This document shows positions 28,271-42,833 of a DNA stretch of 64,000 nt, piece by piece. The notes beneath the pieces were generated by a model. That model had not been told where the DNA came from. It saw only the letters and a program-made list of their open reading frames with translations, and made no database searches. Position 1 is the stretch's first letter. Each line of letters starts with the position of its first letter. The stretch lies in NCBI RefSeq assembly GCF_009914755.1, contig NC_060939.1, one strand, 5' to 3'. A program made the translations under genes and the position numbers. This DNA comes from the human T2T-CHM13v2.0 reference genome, Homo sapiens.

Positions 28271-31200
28271 CGACGTCTTTGATCTCTTGCATTTCTTTTG
28301 GATTTTTGATTATTTCTTAAAATTTTCGTGTCTCTGCTTACATTATGCATCTGTTCTTGCATGTTGTCTATTTTTTAAATAAAAAGCCTGAGCCCATTAT
28401 TCATAGTTTTGTTTGTTTGTTTAAATTTCTGGTTGGTTAATGCTAACATTCCTTCCATATCTGATCCTGGTTCTGATGCTTGTTCAATCTCTTCAAACTA
28501 TCTATTTTTCCTTTTAGTCTGCATTGCAATTTTTTGTTGAGAAGTGAACATGGTGTTTTAGGAAAAAAAGGAGCTGCAGTAAACATGTCTTTTTTAAAGT
28601 AGTAGTAAGATGTGTGGAAAAGAAAGTATATTATAGTCCTATGATTTGGTTTCAGCCTTTAGATGAGTTTATGTCCCTGGTTGTGAATTTCACTAGTAAA
28701 TAGCAAGATTTGTCCCCTCTTAGGTGGGGCCAAATGGCTAGAGTGAGCTAAAATTGGGTATCTTTCTTCCTCCACGTGGAAAGATGTAGCAGGCTGGAAC
28801 TGGATATTTTTCTTCTCCGAGGTAGGGTAGTCTCTGAGAAAGTCACAGCAGCTTAGAGTCTAATAATAGTTTATCTTGGAGGGCAGGCCTTGACTAGAAG
28901 AACAGGATGCTCTGGCATATTTCAAAGTGGTTCCTTTCCCCTCCTCCTGCTGGAAGCATAAGGGGATTTTTCTCTGATATTTACTGTGTGGGGTTCCTCC
29001 TATGACTGAGTCCATCCCCTGATTTTTAACCCTCAGAGTTATTCACACTGAGTTTCCAAAAATCCACCAATCACAGTTTAGGTTTTCCTACCCAGGCACA
29101 TGTTCCCATGGAGGTTTCTGTTCATGGATTTCTCCTCTAATAAATTACAATTCTCTTTACTTGCCTGTCTGCCTTTCTAATTTGTACAGGCAGCAATATT
29201 CCCTGTGATCTTACTCTCTGATGTATTTAAGAAGAGTTGAACATTTTTAAAGTTTGTTTATTTTTAACTTATTGTTAGCATAGTGTGGCAAATTTCAAGC
29301 ATCTAATATGCAGGTCCAGAAAGTCCAGCCATAAAACTTTAAGTTAAAGGTCTCTTTGCTTTCGGTAACATTTGAAAGCAGTTATGCTCAATAATCTTTA
29401 TACATAAGTTACTTTTAAATTAAATTAACTTCATATATATTTCACTTTTGACATTAATTAGTGAATAATATCTTCATAATCACCACAATCAGACTAATAC
29501 ACAGTTACCAATTGCAAATATTAAGACACAGTTTACAAAATGCTAATTGAAGCCCTAGAGTTCTGGGATTAAAACCAAAAAGATGCTATTAAAAAGGGAC
29601 AAGAGGAGTATGTATCTGGAAAGAAATGCAGTTTGCAGAGATGAGCAAAATTGAATTCCTATTATCCAAGTTAATGATGGCATGCATGGATCTTCTAGAA
29701 TGATAAAGGGTTATAAAAAAATTGATGGACAATAATTAGCATAATCCTATGTTTCAGTGTGTCAGGAACAGTCCCAGTCTGCACCTGTTTCTTAAGCATA
29801 TTTATTAATAGCATCCCTGATTTGATTTATACTTTAAATTTTAGGATTACCTTAGTAACAGTTGACACCTATAAAATAATAACCTAGTGTCATGAAACCC
29901 ATTTTTATGAAAGACTACAGAAGAAAGTAAGTGTTGATATATTAGAGAAACTATTAATTCTGTAGGTTAATGGAGCATGTTTTGGGGTGATTTCAGTATC
30001 TTCCATCCGTTTCAGTAACATCAGCTGCTGCTGATGAACAAAGATACATCATCTATTATTTTTGAGCTATCGATCCAGTTTTCTAGTTGCTTCCTGGACA
30101 TTTTCACTTTGATGTTTTACAGCATCACTGATACTAAGTCCCAAAGGAGTATTTTTTTCCCATATTTGCCTTCATTATTACTGTTAATGTCATTATCATT
30201 CATTACCCACTTAAACTATTGTGTGGCACGTGAACTTCTCCCTGTCTCTCTCCCTTAGAACAAAAGGATCACTATGCCTTTACTCTAAAATGTCTCAGAA
30301 CTGCTTTTGTTTAGACCCTCGTTTTTTTGTCCCAAAACGTAGATTTTTTTCTACATCTTCCTAACTCTACCACCAATTCCATATATTACATAACTTTCTA
30401 AAATAGATCATATCATACTCCTACTGGAAATCTTGAATATTTTCCCATTGCTTTTAGCATCTTAAGCCATACTCCTGGGAACAGCATAGCAGGTCCTTCA
30501 TAATATGGCCCAAACCCATTTTCATCTTGTACCTCTTCCCACTGCCCACAGCTCTCACAAAACAGAGCTGCAATTATTCTCAAGAAAAGATTCACATTTT
30601 CATGTCTATGCTTCTATCCACATGGAAATTGATCCTGGATATGACACCCGTTTCTCCAACTAACAATGTTATTTCATCCACCAAATATATTCTTGTTTAG
30701 GAAGAATTTCCCTAACACTGCCAGCTGACTTTGTCTCTTCCTTGTGCATGGTCTCCTAGTACAGTATTCATAATTTTGCCATCGTTGTTAGCTCACTGTA
30801 TTGTATTTATTTACTTACTCATTCTGCTTCCTCAGAGACAAAGGCAGCCTCACAAGTGATGTGAGCTTCATTTTTGTCTTCAGCAATTGACATAGTGTCT
30901 AACCATAAGCAGGTTGTCAATGAAGTTCTTTATTATTAAAATAAATTAATCTTCATTGTTTTATTGTTTACATAATAACATAAAATTGAAAGGCTAGGAC
31001 AGTTGCTGGAAGGTTAACTGGAGGTTCATAATGACCTTTCAAAGGTTCACACTGCTTACCTTGTACAAGGAAAGAACCAGAAGAAAGTTCTACATTGTTG
31101 ATAAGAAGCAAGAAATCAGGATTCTTTCTAATCTCCTACTGTGGATAAGAATTACAAAAGGTTCGTGTAGCATGATATCCAGGACATAAAGGATACTCAC

Positions 31201-34200
31201 TACATGGCAGCCAAGAGAAACTTTTAAAAACTAGAGCCTAGGTTAAATCATTGATTATTGGCAGATATGATTTCAAATTATATTTTTAGGCAACAGATGC
31301 AACTTATTAATAATTTAATGCTGTAGCAAAGAACTACTGAAAATGAATCAAACAGAAACTCACCCCCTTAGGGTATAATCTAGGGTTGGTATATATTTAG
31401 CTCAGTCTGCTTTCTCTAACCACAGAATCTTTAATATTTCTATAATGCTCTATGCTAACCAAAGTGTACGCATGTTTCTTTGCAAAGGTGAACCTCTTGA
31501 CAGCTTTGGAAAGTGGCTAGGACAAGTGTAACTTTCTTGGTTAGAAGGGAACTGAGTCACAACACAGGAAAAGCTCAAGATCACAGAGCAAGCGAATGAC
31601 AAAATTGGGAAAAGTGCTTATCTTGTTTTTATTCCAATTTCCTTTCTTCATTTAATGTTATTTCATTCAAAATAACAAAAAAAAGAGCTTTTACAAAATG
31701 ATGAGCCATTTAAAAAACTTCGCTTTTGCTTGCAGTGTCTAAGAGAGGAAACAGGATTAATACATATAAGTCATGTTTAAACTACAGATGTTTTTAAAAA
31801 GGGCATTTTGGATGACTCTCAGTTAAACTAAAAATTCAGTTAAAGTAATCTATTCTGGCTGGTTATGTTTTTACAGTAATAACAACTACAATAAGACCTG
31901 ACCTTGAATTTCCACAGTGTCTTTCTTTTCCAGAGTTCGAAATGCCATCACAAAAGTGATCTGACATGCTAGTGAGGGGACTGAGAGCATTTGTTGTAGA
32001 GAATATCTATTCAGAGTAGGCTGGGCCTGCTATTGACTCTTAAAATTAAGATAATCAATGAATCTGCATTGTGGCTCATTCACTGTCATGCTCAGCAGCA
32101 ACCTTCATCTGGAGGCATTTAATTCATTTAGTGTTCTAAATATATCATATGCTGTACAAGCCATTTTATAAAAGGAATTCTATGAACTCTACATTAAGCC
32201 TTATATTCCTACCAATGCAATATAAATATTAAGGATTTTCTTCCTACTTGTCATGCTAAAGCTAGTGCTAAATGCTTTAGCTAGCAAGTAATATTGAGAC
32301 ACCAAAACACTTAATTTACTACAGGTAACCTTATTTCCTGAGATACTAAACACAGATAAACTTTTCTTTTAACCCCTCAGCTAATTCTTTCTGCCACCCA
32401 TTCTAACCAGGGAGCATATTAATTACTCTCATTCATCATAAGTTTGGCCTTATGAATAAATAATACATCTACTTTTCTCTAAAAAATGTAATAACTTTTA
32501 AGTCTTTCCAAGAAGAGGGTTCCCATCCTTCCTTTAGTTGGAGACACAACCCCATTGACTTAGACGGAAGATCCTAGTGTAACAGGCACATTGTGTTCAT
32601 TGACTTGCTTGGCCAACTGAACAATCCTTCGCATTCATCAAGCAAACTTGGCCTCTACGTGAATATGGGCACCAGCAAACCTGGCCTCTGTGGAGGATTA
32701 TAAGGGAATTTCAGATGATTGGTACTCTGCTTCAGTTTAATCGCATCGCTGTAGTTTGGAGGTCAGGTCCTGAGTCAATTAAATTACTTTTGCAAAGTCA
32801 CAGAAACTGTAGATTTTTTTCCCAAGATTTAAAATAGTGCTGACTACAGAGTAACTAAATAGGAAATAAGTTGTAATAACAATAACAAACTGAGAATTGG
32901 AGTGAGGAATGAGTGAAAAATGCAACTAAATAATCAGGCATTCAAGCAGCAGTTTTAAAAATAAAATCGTATGGCCATTTTATATGCCCATTTCATTCTT
33001 CTTTGCAGCTATCATTACATATATTTCTGTTATATAAAATATTGGTCACATGGAAAACACGTATATACATTTAAACATATAATATGTTTGAAATAAAATT
33101 TAATGAAGTCCCAGAAAATGTTTTATCAGATTCTGAGGCTTTTGGAAGTGTATTCCCAGTGGGAAAGGAAGATGTTAGAAGGCTTTTTGTTTAAACTGTT
33201 AAAATTCCAGGATTCTTTCATGAAATGACAGCTAGAACTTTGAACAGAGCTCAGATTTCTTGGCAGAATCTTCAAACTGGAATATGCCTGGGAAGTTCCC
33301 TTGATAGCAAAAGTTGTAACCGATCTTGTGACTGAATTTCTGAGAGTTTAAAATATATTTGCTGAGTGTTATTGTCTGTACCGACAATATTATTGAGATA
33401 TGGCAAGTTTATAACTAGATTAAATTCTAGAATAGAAAGACCTGCAAGTGGCAAAAATCACTGTCCATGATCAGTTTCAAAAAAAGTTTGTTTAAAATTA
33501 CCTCCTGCTTTAATCATTTAAAAGAAATGAGAGGATAGCAAAGGAAAGGAAAGAGGAAAAAGTACCCATAAGCCAGAAATGTATCCATAAGTTTGATTAG
33601 CTATTTCACAGCCATATTATTGCTTCCCTTAATGCTAGTCATAAAAATGAAGAAAGTTGCTTTCCTTGTGGTGTAGTTCAATAGTCAAAATTTGTACCCT
33701 CTCAATTTAAATTTATAATTGTTATTTAATCCTAAAAACTTATCTATGGTTACAAAATTGAGGAATACTGCATCACCACTAAGAATATTTTTGATTATCA
33801 TCATTAGTACCATTGTCATTATTTTCTATCTGGTGAGATGGAGGAAGTAGCACTGCATAAAATCATAAAAGGACCTCTTTATGCTTTCTATTTCTCCTAG
33901 GCAGGTATTTATTATAATAAACTGGACTTGCATATACAAACAGAAATCAACATCCTCTTAAAGATATCAATAAGAAAATCTATCATTAATCTGCTTTAGA
34001 CCAATTATTCTCTATCAAATAGCATGTGAGCAATGCTGTGTTTTCATCACTTAGATTTTTTCATAGTCTGGGTTGGATCCTGTTCTAATCTTGCACAGTT
34101 AGAAGTTTTAATGGTTTCCTTATTATTGGTGCCATACATCTTTTCTCTTTTTCTTACTACCCTCCTTTAAAATAAAAAGTTACATCTGTTTATGATATTT

Positions 34201-34794
34201 ATTGATATATAGGCACACATTTATATATAAATATATTATGAGAAATAAAAATAGTTAAACTATCCATGTGGCATAAAATTTAGAAGATACAAAAGGATAT
34301 TTATTAGAAAATAAGTCTATTTTTCTCCTTGCTCACCAGGCATCCAGATTCCCAGAAACTGTCATAAGTTTCTTGGATAATTTTTTTTAAAACTTTCAAT
34401 GCATTTGCAAGCATAAATGTGTATGTAGTTATAGGTGAGTTTATACATTTTTAATACTCTCAGGCATTACACAGTTTTCAGTAATGTGTATGTGTGTGTA
34501 ATCATAGACACAGATTTTAGAGATGATTCCCTAAAACAATCTAAAGATTTGTCTCATTATTTTTAAAGTTGGCACAGCATTCCAATGTAACTATAACCTC
34601 AGTATTTTAAAGTGCTTTCATTTGTCTCATGATTCTTGCCCTAAATCCAGTCTTTCTTAAATTAAGACTATGATTATTTTGTTTGCCCTATCTTTATAGA
34701 GGATCTCCCTCCAAATTGAATAAACTAATAGTTGTATTTTTATTCTTAGATTTAAGGATTTACTGAGCATAAACTTTCATGTTGTTGAATATAT

Positions 34795-35250
34795 TGTTGG
34801 TTGTCTACCCAATGGCCATCCCCTACCCCTTTTATTTCCTTTGTCTCATGATAGAAGCAGAAAATTCTGGCTACTCCTCTCTAGATTCCTGTAGGGCAGA
34901 AGTTAGCTATGTGAGCAAGCAAGTCCCAGTAAAAAGAATGTCTTCCAGGAAAGTTCTGGGAAGCACTGTTTTCAAAGCTAAATGAAATGGTGTGCATGAG
35001 GAAATCCATGATGATCTTATTTCTTTGAAAGATGCATGTGAATGAAATGCTTGGAACTACCTTGCATCCTTGATGTGACAAGGCTGCAGATAGCATGATA
35101 AGGGTGTCTGTGTGAAAAGAGGAACAAAGTTCTCTTTGAGTCACAATTCCACATTCATTTATCTCCAGATTTCTTGTTATGTGTGAAAAATAAACTTTAT
35201 ATGACTTTTAGTTGGACATTTTGTTACTAGCAAAGACATTTGAACTGACA
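34795..35250. mobile_element. MLT1 LTR remnant
   Basis: atctccagatttcttgttatgtgtgaaaaataaac...ttttgttactagc terminal motif. Confidence 0.55.
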
Positions 35251-35349
35251 ATGTCTCTAACATACTGCTAAGCACTGTGCATATGCTCTTTGTATCTGTT
35301 TAAGATAGACACCATATTTTTCTGTATTACTCTTGCAGTTGTTTACTTG

Positions 35350-35813
35350 TTGAGTGTTGTTGTCTATTTTTTTGTTGTTGTTGTTGCTATCAAGGAATAC
35401 CTGAATCTGGGTAATATATTTTTAAAAAGTGGCTTATTTGGCTTATAGTTCTGCAAGCTGTATAAAATACATGGCACCAGCCTCTGCTTGATTTCTGGTG
35501 AGGGCCTCAGGCTGCTTCCACTCATGGTAGAAGGCAAAGTGGAGCTGGCTGTGCAGAGATCACATGGTAAGAGAGGAAGCAAGCGAGATGGGGTTAGGTG
35601 CCAGACTCCTTTCAACAAACAGCTCTCTAGAGAGCACTTAGAGAACTAATAGCGGGAGAATGCACTCACCTCCAACAAGAAAGGGCATTAATCAATCTGT
35701 CACTGAGAGATCCAGTTCCATGACTCACACACCTCCCATTAGGCCTCACCTCCAATTTTGGGAATTAAATTTCAACATGAGATTCGGAGGGAATAAACAT
35801 CTAAAGTATAGCA
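35350..35813 (-). mobile_element. MST (MSTB-like) solo LTR
   Basis: gttgctatcaaggaatacctgaatctgggtaat...ggtgagggcctcaggctgcttccactcatgg...tttcaacatgagatt...tatagca. Confidence 0.85.
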
Positions 35814-37812
35814 TTACCTAACAGACATTTTTACTGGAATCTTGTGTTAAAAGTTACTTTGGTTATGATCGCTTATAACCATTAGTGAATAATATCTGTC
35901 TTTATACTCTGTGATAAAATAAAGATAATAGCTATTAGCAGAACTACTGATGACTTTTTAATAACAGACTTTAAAATTCAAAAAATATTTATGAATAGGA
36001 GTAAAATATTGCTACATAAAATTTCATTCTCCCTAATTCTCTTTATCTTGGCAAAAAGGCTGATTTCCTTTGTGAAATGAAAATGCCTAAGAAGCATAAA
36101 AGACCATAATGACATGGCTTTTTAAAATTGTGTTTTATGATACTAATGCATTAAGTGCAAGATAAGCTGCATTTATGGGGTTTCTTTTAGTATTTTGGAG
36201 AGACAATACTCATTAAAGGTCAATAACATTGCTTGTTTTTTAAAATAATAGAATGTATTTTATGTCAGTCTTTTTCTTAAGAAATGGAATGAAGATATTA
36301 AGAAAAAATGTGATTTCAGTAAAAGTATATCTGACTTCTGTCTCCTGAATACCTATAGACTTTGGAAGGGATACCGAGCAGTGATTTGGCCAGAAGTTCT
36401 GGCTAGGTACTCTCCAGCATGATGATATAAAACAGGAAGTGCTGACATGGCAAACCCCAGACAAGTCTTTTGGAAAAAGAAGAGTCAAGTCTCAGCCACA
36501 AAAATCAGCACATAGCATAAGGGCAGGGGCATCTGGATTTCTCCAAGAAGCCATGGCCAACCTCAGACAAGATTTGAATGGGGTATAGGTCAGAAACAAG
36601 AAAGTATGTCCTGGATGTTTACTGTGAATAATTCTATCTGCAGGCGCGTAGATGGCAAATGAACATGCTAGAGTGCAATAACAAAACACAGTCTAAGCAA
36701 AAAGGAATTCTGCATTCAGAAATTGACTTACGAAAGGATCATGCTTTATGGATAATTCTTCAGACCCTCACTTTATTCTGTTCTCTGAAATGGTAGAGAT
36801 AAACAGTGAAACAAAGCAAAATACAAGGAAATATATACCATATCTTATAATAAAAGTCAAAGTGAATAGCTACTCTACAAGATCCACTTCATGAGGAGCT
36901 GGATGGTAGCCTCTCCATCTAGAAAGAGGTCAGATGTAAACAACAAGGATTGTTGGATAAAAGTGCCATTGAATAATTTTAAAGGAAGAATTAGATGGGA
37001 CTAATGCAGTCACTTCGTATTTGTTTGATAGTCATGAAGCTGTAAAATTCACTGAGAAAGAATGCACAAACATTCTATTGCAGTTAATTATGTAGCAGTA
37101 CTATGAAAATAACTATTAAATTTTAGAGTCATAAATATTTTTACTGCTACAATTAGACAGTGGAAAAGAATTGTTACTATTCACTGGCATTCTTCAAAGT
37201 TAATCTCCATGATTCTGTTTTATAATGCATTTATGACAGCATAATCTCATCTCCACTATGTAAATTGAGTTGGATCTTATTTTCTTCTTTCATTTGCGGC
37301 ACATTTTGCTGGTGGTGGCTGGATGAATGTTTAGGGGAAAGATGGTTTTGTTGCCCTCCAGCCCTTGAATGTCTGGTATAGCACAATCAGGGAATCGGTG
37401 TCACATTAAAGCAATTCTTATAATATAATCAAAGTTCTCGTGTTGTACTCTCCTTCAGATGAAACAAACTAATGAAATATATTGACCCTGTTCACGCACT
37501 TCTGAAGCAAAATGACTAAGAGGTATCGAGACGACATGAAATACATTGACATTGATTGTGAAGTCGGCATTTCCCAGTCACATTGGGGGCTGATTAAAGT
37601 GTCACATTGACAACGTAGCCCCTTTTGAACAGGAAATTAATACCAGCTTGGTGGCAAAAAGATTCTTCTTCCAAAAGGAAACTTGCATCGTCTTTAATGC
37701 TTCTTAGTAGAAAAAAAAAAAAAAAAAGAGGTCACATATTTTACACTAGCGTGGCCTTCAGTTTTCTTGTTATGAAATAATAATCAGGAATGTCAACACT
37801 GTAGTTACGTTA

Positions 37813-38151
<339 letters not shown>

Positions 38152-39472
38152 TTATTTTGGTTATGAATAATACTAACAAATGAAGAGACAAAATAGAAAT
38201 TTTTGAATCTTTCACTAACTCATTTGAGTGGGAATTTAGTTTAAATGCTAAAAGATTAAAACATGAATATTATGTAAATATGTAAGCTTTATTTCTTATA
38301 TATAGGATAAGAAAAGAACATACGTAATAATTCTTAAATTCTGGTTGTTTGATGTTGTAGCCACACATTTAATTTCATTGGCAGTAAATTTCTGTTTGTA
38401 GAAGCTACCACTTACCACTGTTCTAGAATTCATAATGTAAAAGAATCTCCAAGATAAAGATCAAAGTGTGGACACACCTGATTTGCTAAGCGCTAACATC
38501 CTGTTCCCCCTTGTCGGGGGGAAGGAAATTATTACTCTAAGTTTCAGGTTTTCCATTGCTTCATTAATTTCCCTTCCACCCTTGTTTAATAATTCACTCA
38601 GTAGATAATACAATGTTGGCATACCTTACCTTAGTAGATGAGTAACTGTTGGTTGTGTACGAGAGGCATTTTGCTAGGTGCTCTCTGGCAGAAGTCGTAT
38701 GGGAGGGATGAGACAGATGAAAAAGGTGGGATGAGGAGGCGTGTGACTAGGGCTGTCTTTCTGAAAGTCCAGCCATGGTAAAATCAAAAAGTAGGCATGC
38801 AGGCCTGAGCTCCTGTTGCCTGAATCAGAACCCAGATTCAGCATTGTTCCTACATTATTTACCTTCCCCTTTGCTGACCTTTTGTCGCCGTCACTACTGT
38901 GCTACAAAAATTGGATGGCAGTTTCCATCTGTGGTTGTTCTCTTCTCTTGCCCTTTCCCGCAAAATGGCCTCTGGTTATAATTTGATAGTTTTTGTCACT
39001 GCGTGTAATAACGAAGAGAGTAAGTATTAGGAATCAATATTTCAGTCCACCCCCAGCCCCATTACAATTGCTCTCCACTTTGAGTAGATTTTATTTGGAC
39101 CTCCCTGCTTCTCTTCTTACTAATTTGCTTTAAAAGCTCACTGTCTAGCTGATAAAAATGCCTGCTCTACTTCTAAATGCACACACATAAGCACAGAGAG
39201 CTGTTTTCTTCATCTGCTAATTTGTAATACTAGAGAGAAAATGAAAAATGATAAAAAAGAAAAAAACTCAAAGGAAATACAGCTTCTTATTCTAGTTATG
39301 CCTTCAATACTTCCAGCCTTCAGAATTTAGATTCCACTAACACATAAGTTCAGGCTTCCCAGTATGAGTTGAGAGAATATAGTTTGTTTTTTTTTTTAAA
39401 GTGCAGTACAGCTGCTGTGAGGAGTGATACTAAAATATTCTGATAGTTATCCTTAGCTCTGACAGTTAAAAC

Positions 39473-40560
39473 AAAATTTATTGTTGAGTTTCAGGAGTTC
39501 TCTATATGCTCTGAATATTAATCTATTTTCTGATGTGTGAACTGCAAATATTATTATCTCCCATTCTGTGGCTTGCCTGTTTACTCTGTTGATATTGTCT
39601 TTTGATGTATAATTTTTAAAAGTTTTCATGAAGTTCAATCTGTCTATTTTTTTCTTTGGTTGCCTGCACTTTTGGTGTCATAGCCAAGATCTCATTGTTA
39701 AATCTAATGACATGAAGCTTTCCCCCTGTGTTTTCTTCTAAGTCTTTTATAATTTAGCTCTTAGGAGCTAAATTAGGCTGTGGATCTGTTTTGTGGACAA
39801 AGGACTTGATTAGTTGTTTCTCCAAACATATACAAACAGCCAGTGAAGATACAAAAAGATGCTCAAAAACCACTAATCATGGGGGAATGCAAATCAAAAC
39901 TATAAGATCCTACTTCATATACATTAGGATTGCTATCATAAAAAACACATAAAATAACAAGAGTTTCTGAGAACATGGAGAACTTGCAACCCTTATGCAA
40001 TGCTGTTGGGAATGAACAATGGTACAGCTGGGATGGAAAGCAGTATGGTGGTTTCTCAAAACATTTAAATTAGAATTACCACATGATCCCTAATTTTCAC
40101 CCCATAACCAAAAGTATTAAAATCAGGGACACTATATTTGTACCACTGTGTTCATAGCAGCATTATTAGCAATAGCTGAAGGTAGAAGCAACCCAGGTGT
40201 CTGTCAGAAGATGAATAGATAAACAAAATGTGATCGTAGATAAAGTGGAATATTATACAGCCATAAAAAAGAAGGAAATTCTGACACATGCTACAATGTA
40301 GATGAAGCTCGAAGACATTGGGAAAAGTTAAATAAGCCAGGGACAAATGTGGATGATAGCACCAAATGAAGTATTTGGAGTAAAGTCAGAAAGAGAAAGC
40401 AGAAGGGTGGTAGCTAGGAACTAGGGGAAACGTAATAAGAATTTATTGCTTAGTGGGTACAGAGATTCAGTTTTGTGAATGCACTTCATGCCATTGAGCT
40501 GTGTACTTAAAAATGATTAAAATGGTGAATTTTGTGTAACGTGTCTTTTAACACAATTTT
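39473..40560 (+). mobile_element. L1MB-type 3' portion with 5' inversion (39473-39791 antisense, 39794-40560 sense)
   Basis: ORF 39453-39638(-) NRVNRQATEWE..YRELLKLNNK; sense part tggacaaaggacttga... through gtacttaaaaatgattaaaatggtgaattt. Confidence 0.8.
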
Positions 40561-40854
40561 AGAAATAAGCTGCAATTTAGATTTTGACGAATTCTAGGGC
40601 AGGAGAAAGGTTAGCTCTTTGGTTAATTAATCAATCAATAAATTCATTCTGTACTCATTATTTATATTACTAGATACGCTAAATATAAAGAATTTAAAGT
40701 GTGAGATAAAATTGCTGTGCTCTGGGTCTTATACTCTGAAGAAGAATCAAGTAAAGAAGCAGTTACTAAATATAAAATTTGAAGATTATGGTATATACAC
40801 TCCAGAGGCCCCTGTAAAAGATGATCTGTTGATATAATAGAAATCCTATCTTAA

Positions 40855-41625
40855 TTTATTTTTAATATAATTTTTATATATAACTCATATATCATGTAAT
40901 TCACCCATTCAATGTGTAATATTTTCAGTATATTCAGAGTTAAGCAACCATCACCACACTCAATTTTAGAACATTTTCACACCAAAAAGACATTTTCTAC
41001 TCATTTGCAGCTGCTGTTCATTTTCCTTAACCCTACCTCCGTCCCTGGCACAGACATAGGTAACCTCCAAACAACTTTCTGCCTCTATCTACTTTCTATT
41101 TCTTTAGATTTGCTTATACTGGACATTTCACATAAATGAACTCATCCTGTATATGGTCTTTTGTGACCAGCATCTTCTACTTCGCATATTTTTAAGTTTT
41201 ATCCACATTGTAACATGCATGTGTACTTTATTCCTTTTATTGCTAAATAATATTCTATTGAAAATACTACATTGGATTTATTCATTCATCAGTTGATGAT
41301 CATTTGGACTTTTTCCCACTTTTTGGCTATTACTAATAATATCTCTATACACATTCATGTATAAGGCTTTTCGTATGGACATATGGTGTCAATTCTCTTA
41401 TGTGTGTACTTAGGAATGATAACTGTATGCTTATCCTTTGAAGAACTGCCAGATTATATTCCAAGTGGCCTCATCATTTTACATTTCTACCAGCAAAGGA
41501 TGAGGGTTCCAATTCTCTATATCTTTGATAGTACTTGCAGTTACCTGTCTTTTTTATTATTGTCATCCTAATGGGTATGAAGTGGCATCACATTGTGGTT
41601 TTGATTCGCATTTCCCTCTGATTCA
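40855..41625 (-). mobile_element. L1MB-type 3' end
   Basis: taattcacccatt...caattttagaacattttca...cattgtggttttgattcgcatttccct. Confidence 0.8.
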
Positions 41626-42545
41626 TTTTCATGAATCCTTTAACATTTATTTTCTTGTGGAACTTTTTAATTAAACAGAATGCTTTGACGTAGTAATACA
41701 TGTGTGTTTTAGGTGTATGTGTTTGTGTGATAAAGATGCATAATCAAAACTCTTCATTGATGTGTTGTATGATTAAAAATTTGGAGAATGAGAAACTAAG
41801 CAGTGAGCGTTCAATATTAAGGAAACTGAGAGTATGGTGAAAATAGCAATAAAAGAGTTCCTAGAGGAAGTTATTCTGGGTGGATATGTACCTGTCAGGC
41901 AGTGGAGGAAGACAAGGAAACATTACAGGATAAATGGGTAACATTTAAAAATATCAACAGAAATGTGAGATAATTTGTCAGCCTTGGTGAATTTCAAATA
42001 TTCTGAAATTACTTGGAAGTGCACAATGCGCTGTAGGGAGTGATAATGTGTGATTCTGCAAGGGAAAGCGGGACCTGTGTGTGAGAGTTCATTCATGTTC
42101 TGCTCTCCTCACGTGCAAAAGGGAGGCTGAAGATATTGAGGCTGAGAATGACACTATTTTATTAAAAATTATCCCCACAACTGTTTCGAAAATAATAAAT
42201 GATGGTTAGTCCAAAGGCAGAGTTATCAATTCAGATGAGAAATAATTAGGACTCAAACAATGTTAGTGCTTTATTATTACTTAGGTTTTAAGTTCTCCTC
42301 CATTAAAAATCTTCATCTTGACCTTTGTTGATTTCTAAGCCATTTCTCACTTGTTTTACTATATTACTTGTAATAGGTTTTATTATTAATTTCTACATAA
42401 ATATGTATCTTTTTGAAAAGTATGTTGTAATTGAAACATCAGAACTTTCCACAGTACTTATTTACAGATAAGGGATGGGGAGTTAATGGGTGGGCACCAG
42501 GGAGCCTATATATTTCCTAACATTGTATGCAAATGTGTTTATTTT

Positions 42546-42833
42546 TTATTTATTTATTTTTTGAGATGAAGTCTCACTTTGTCACCCAGGCTGGAGTGCA
42601 GTGGCATGATCTTGGCTCACTGCAACCAGGTTCAAGCAATTCTCCTGCCTCAGCCTCCCATGTAGCTGGGACTACAGGGGTGCGCCACCACATCCGCTAA
42701 TTTTTGTAGTTTTAGTAGAGATAGGGTTTCACTACGTTGACCAGGCTGGTCTTGAACTTCTGATCTGAGGTGATACACCCATCTTGGCTTCCCAAAGTGT
42801 TGGAATTACAGGCGTGAGCCACCACGCCTAGCC
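42546..42833 (-). mobile_element. AluS with ~11-nt internal deletion
   Basis: Dimeric Alu; TSD CAAATGT(G/A)TTTATTTT at 42530-42545 and 42835-42850. Confidence 0.95.
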
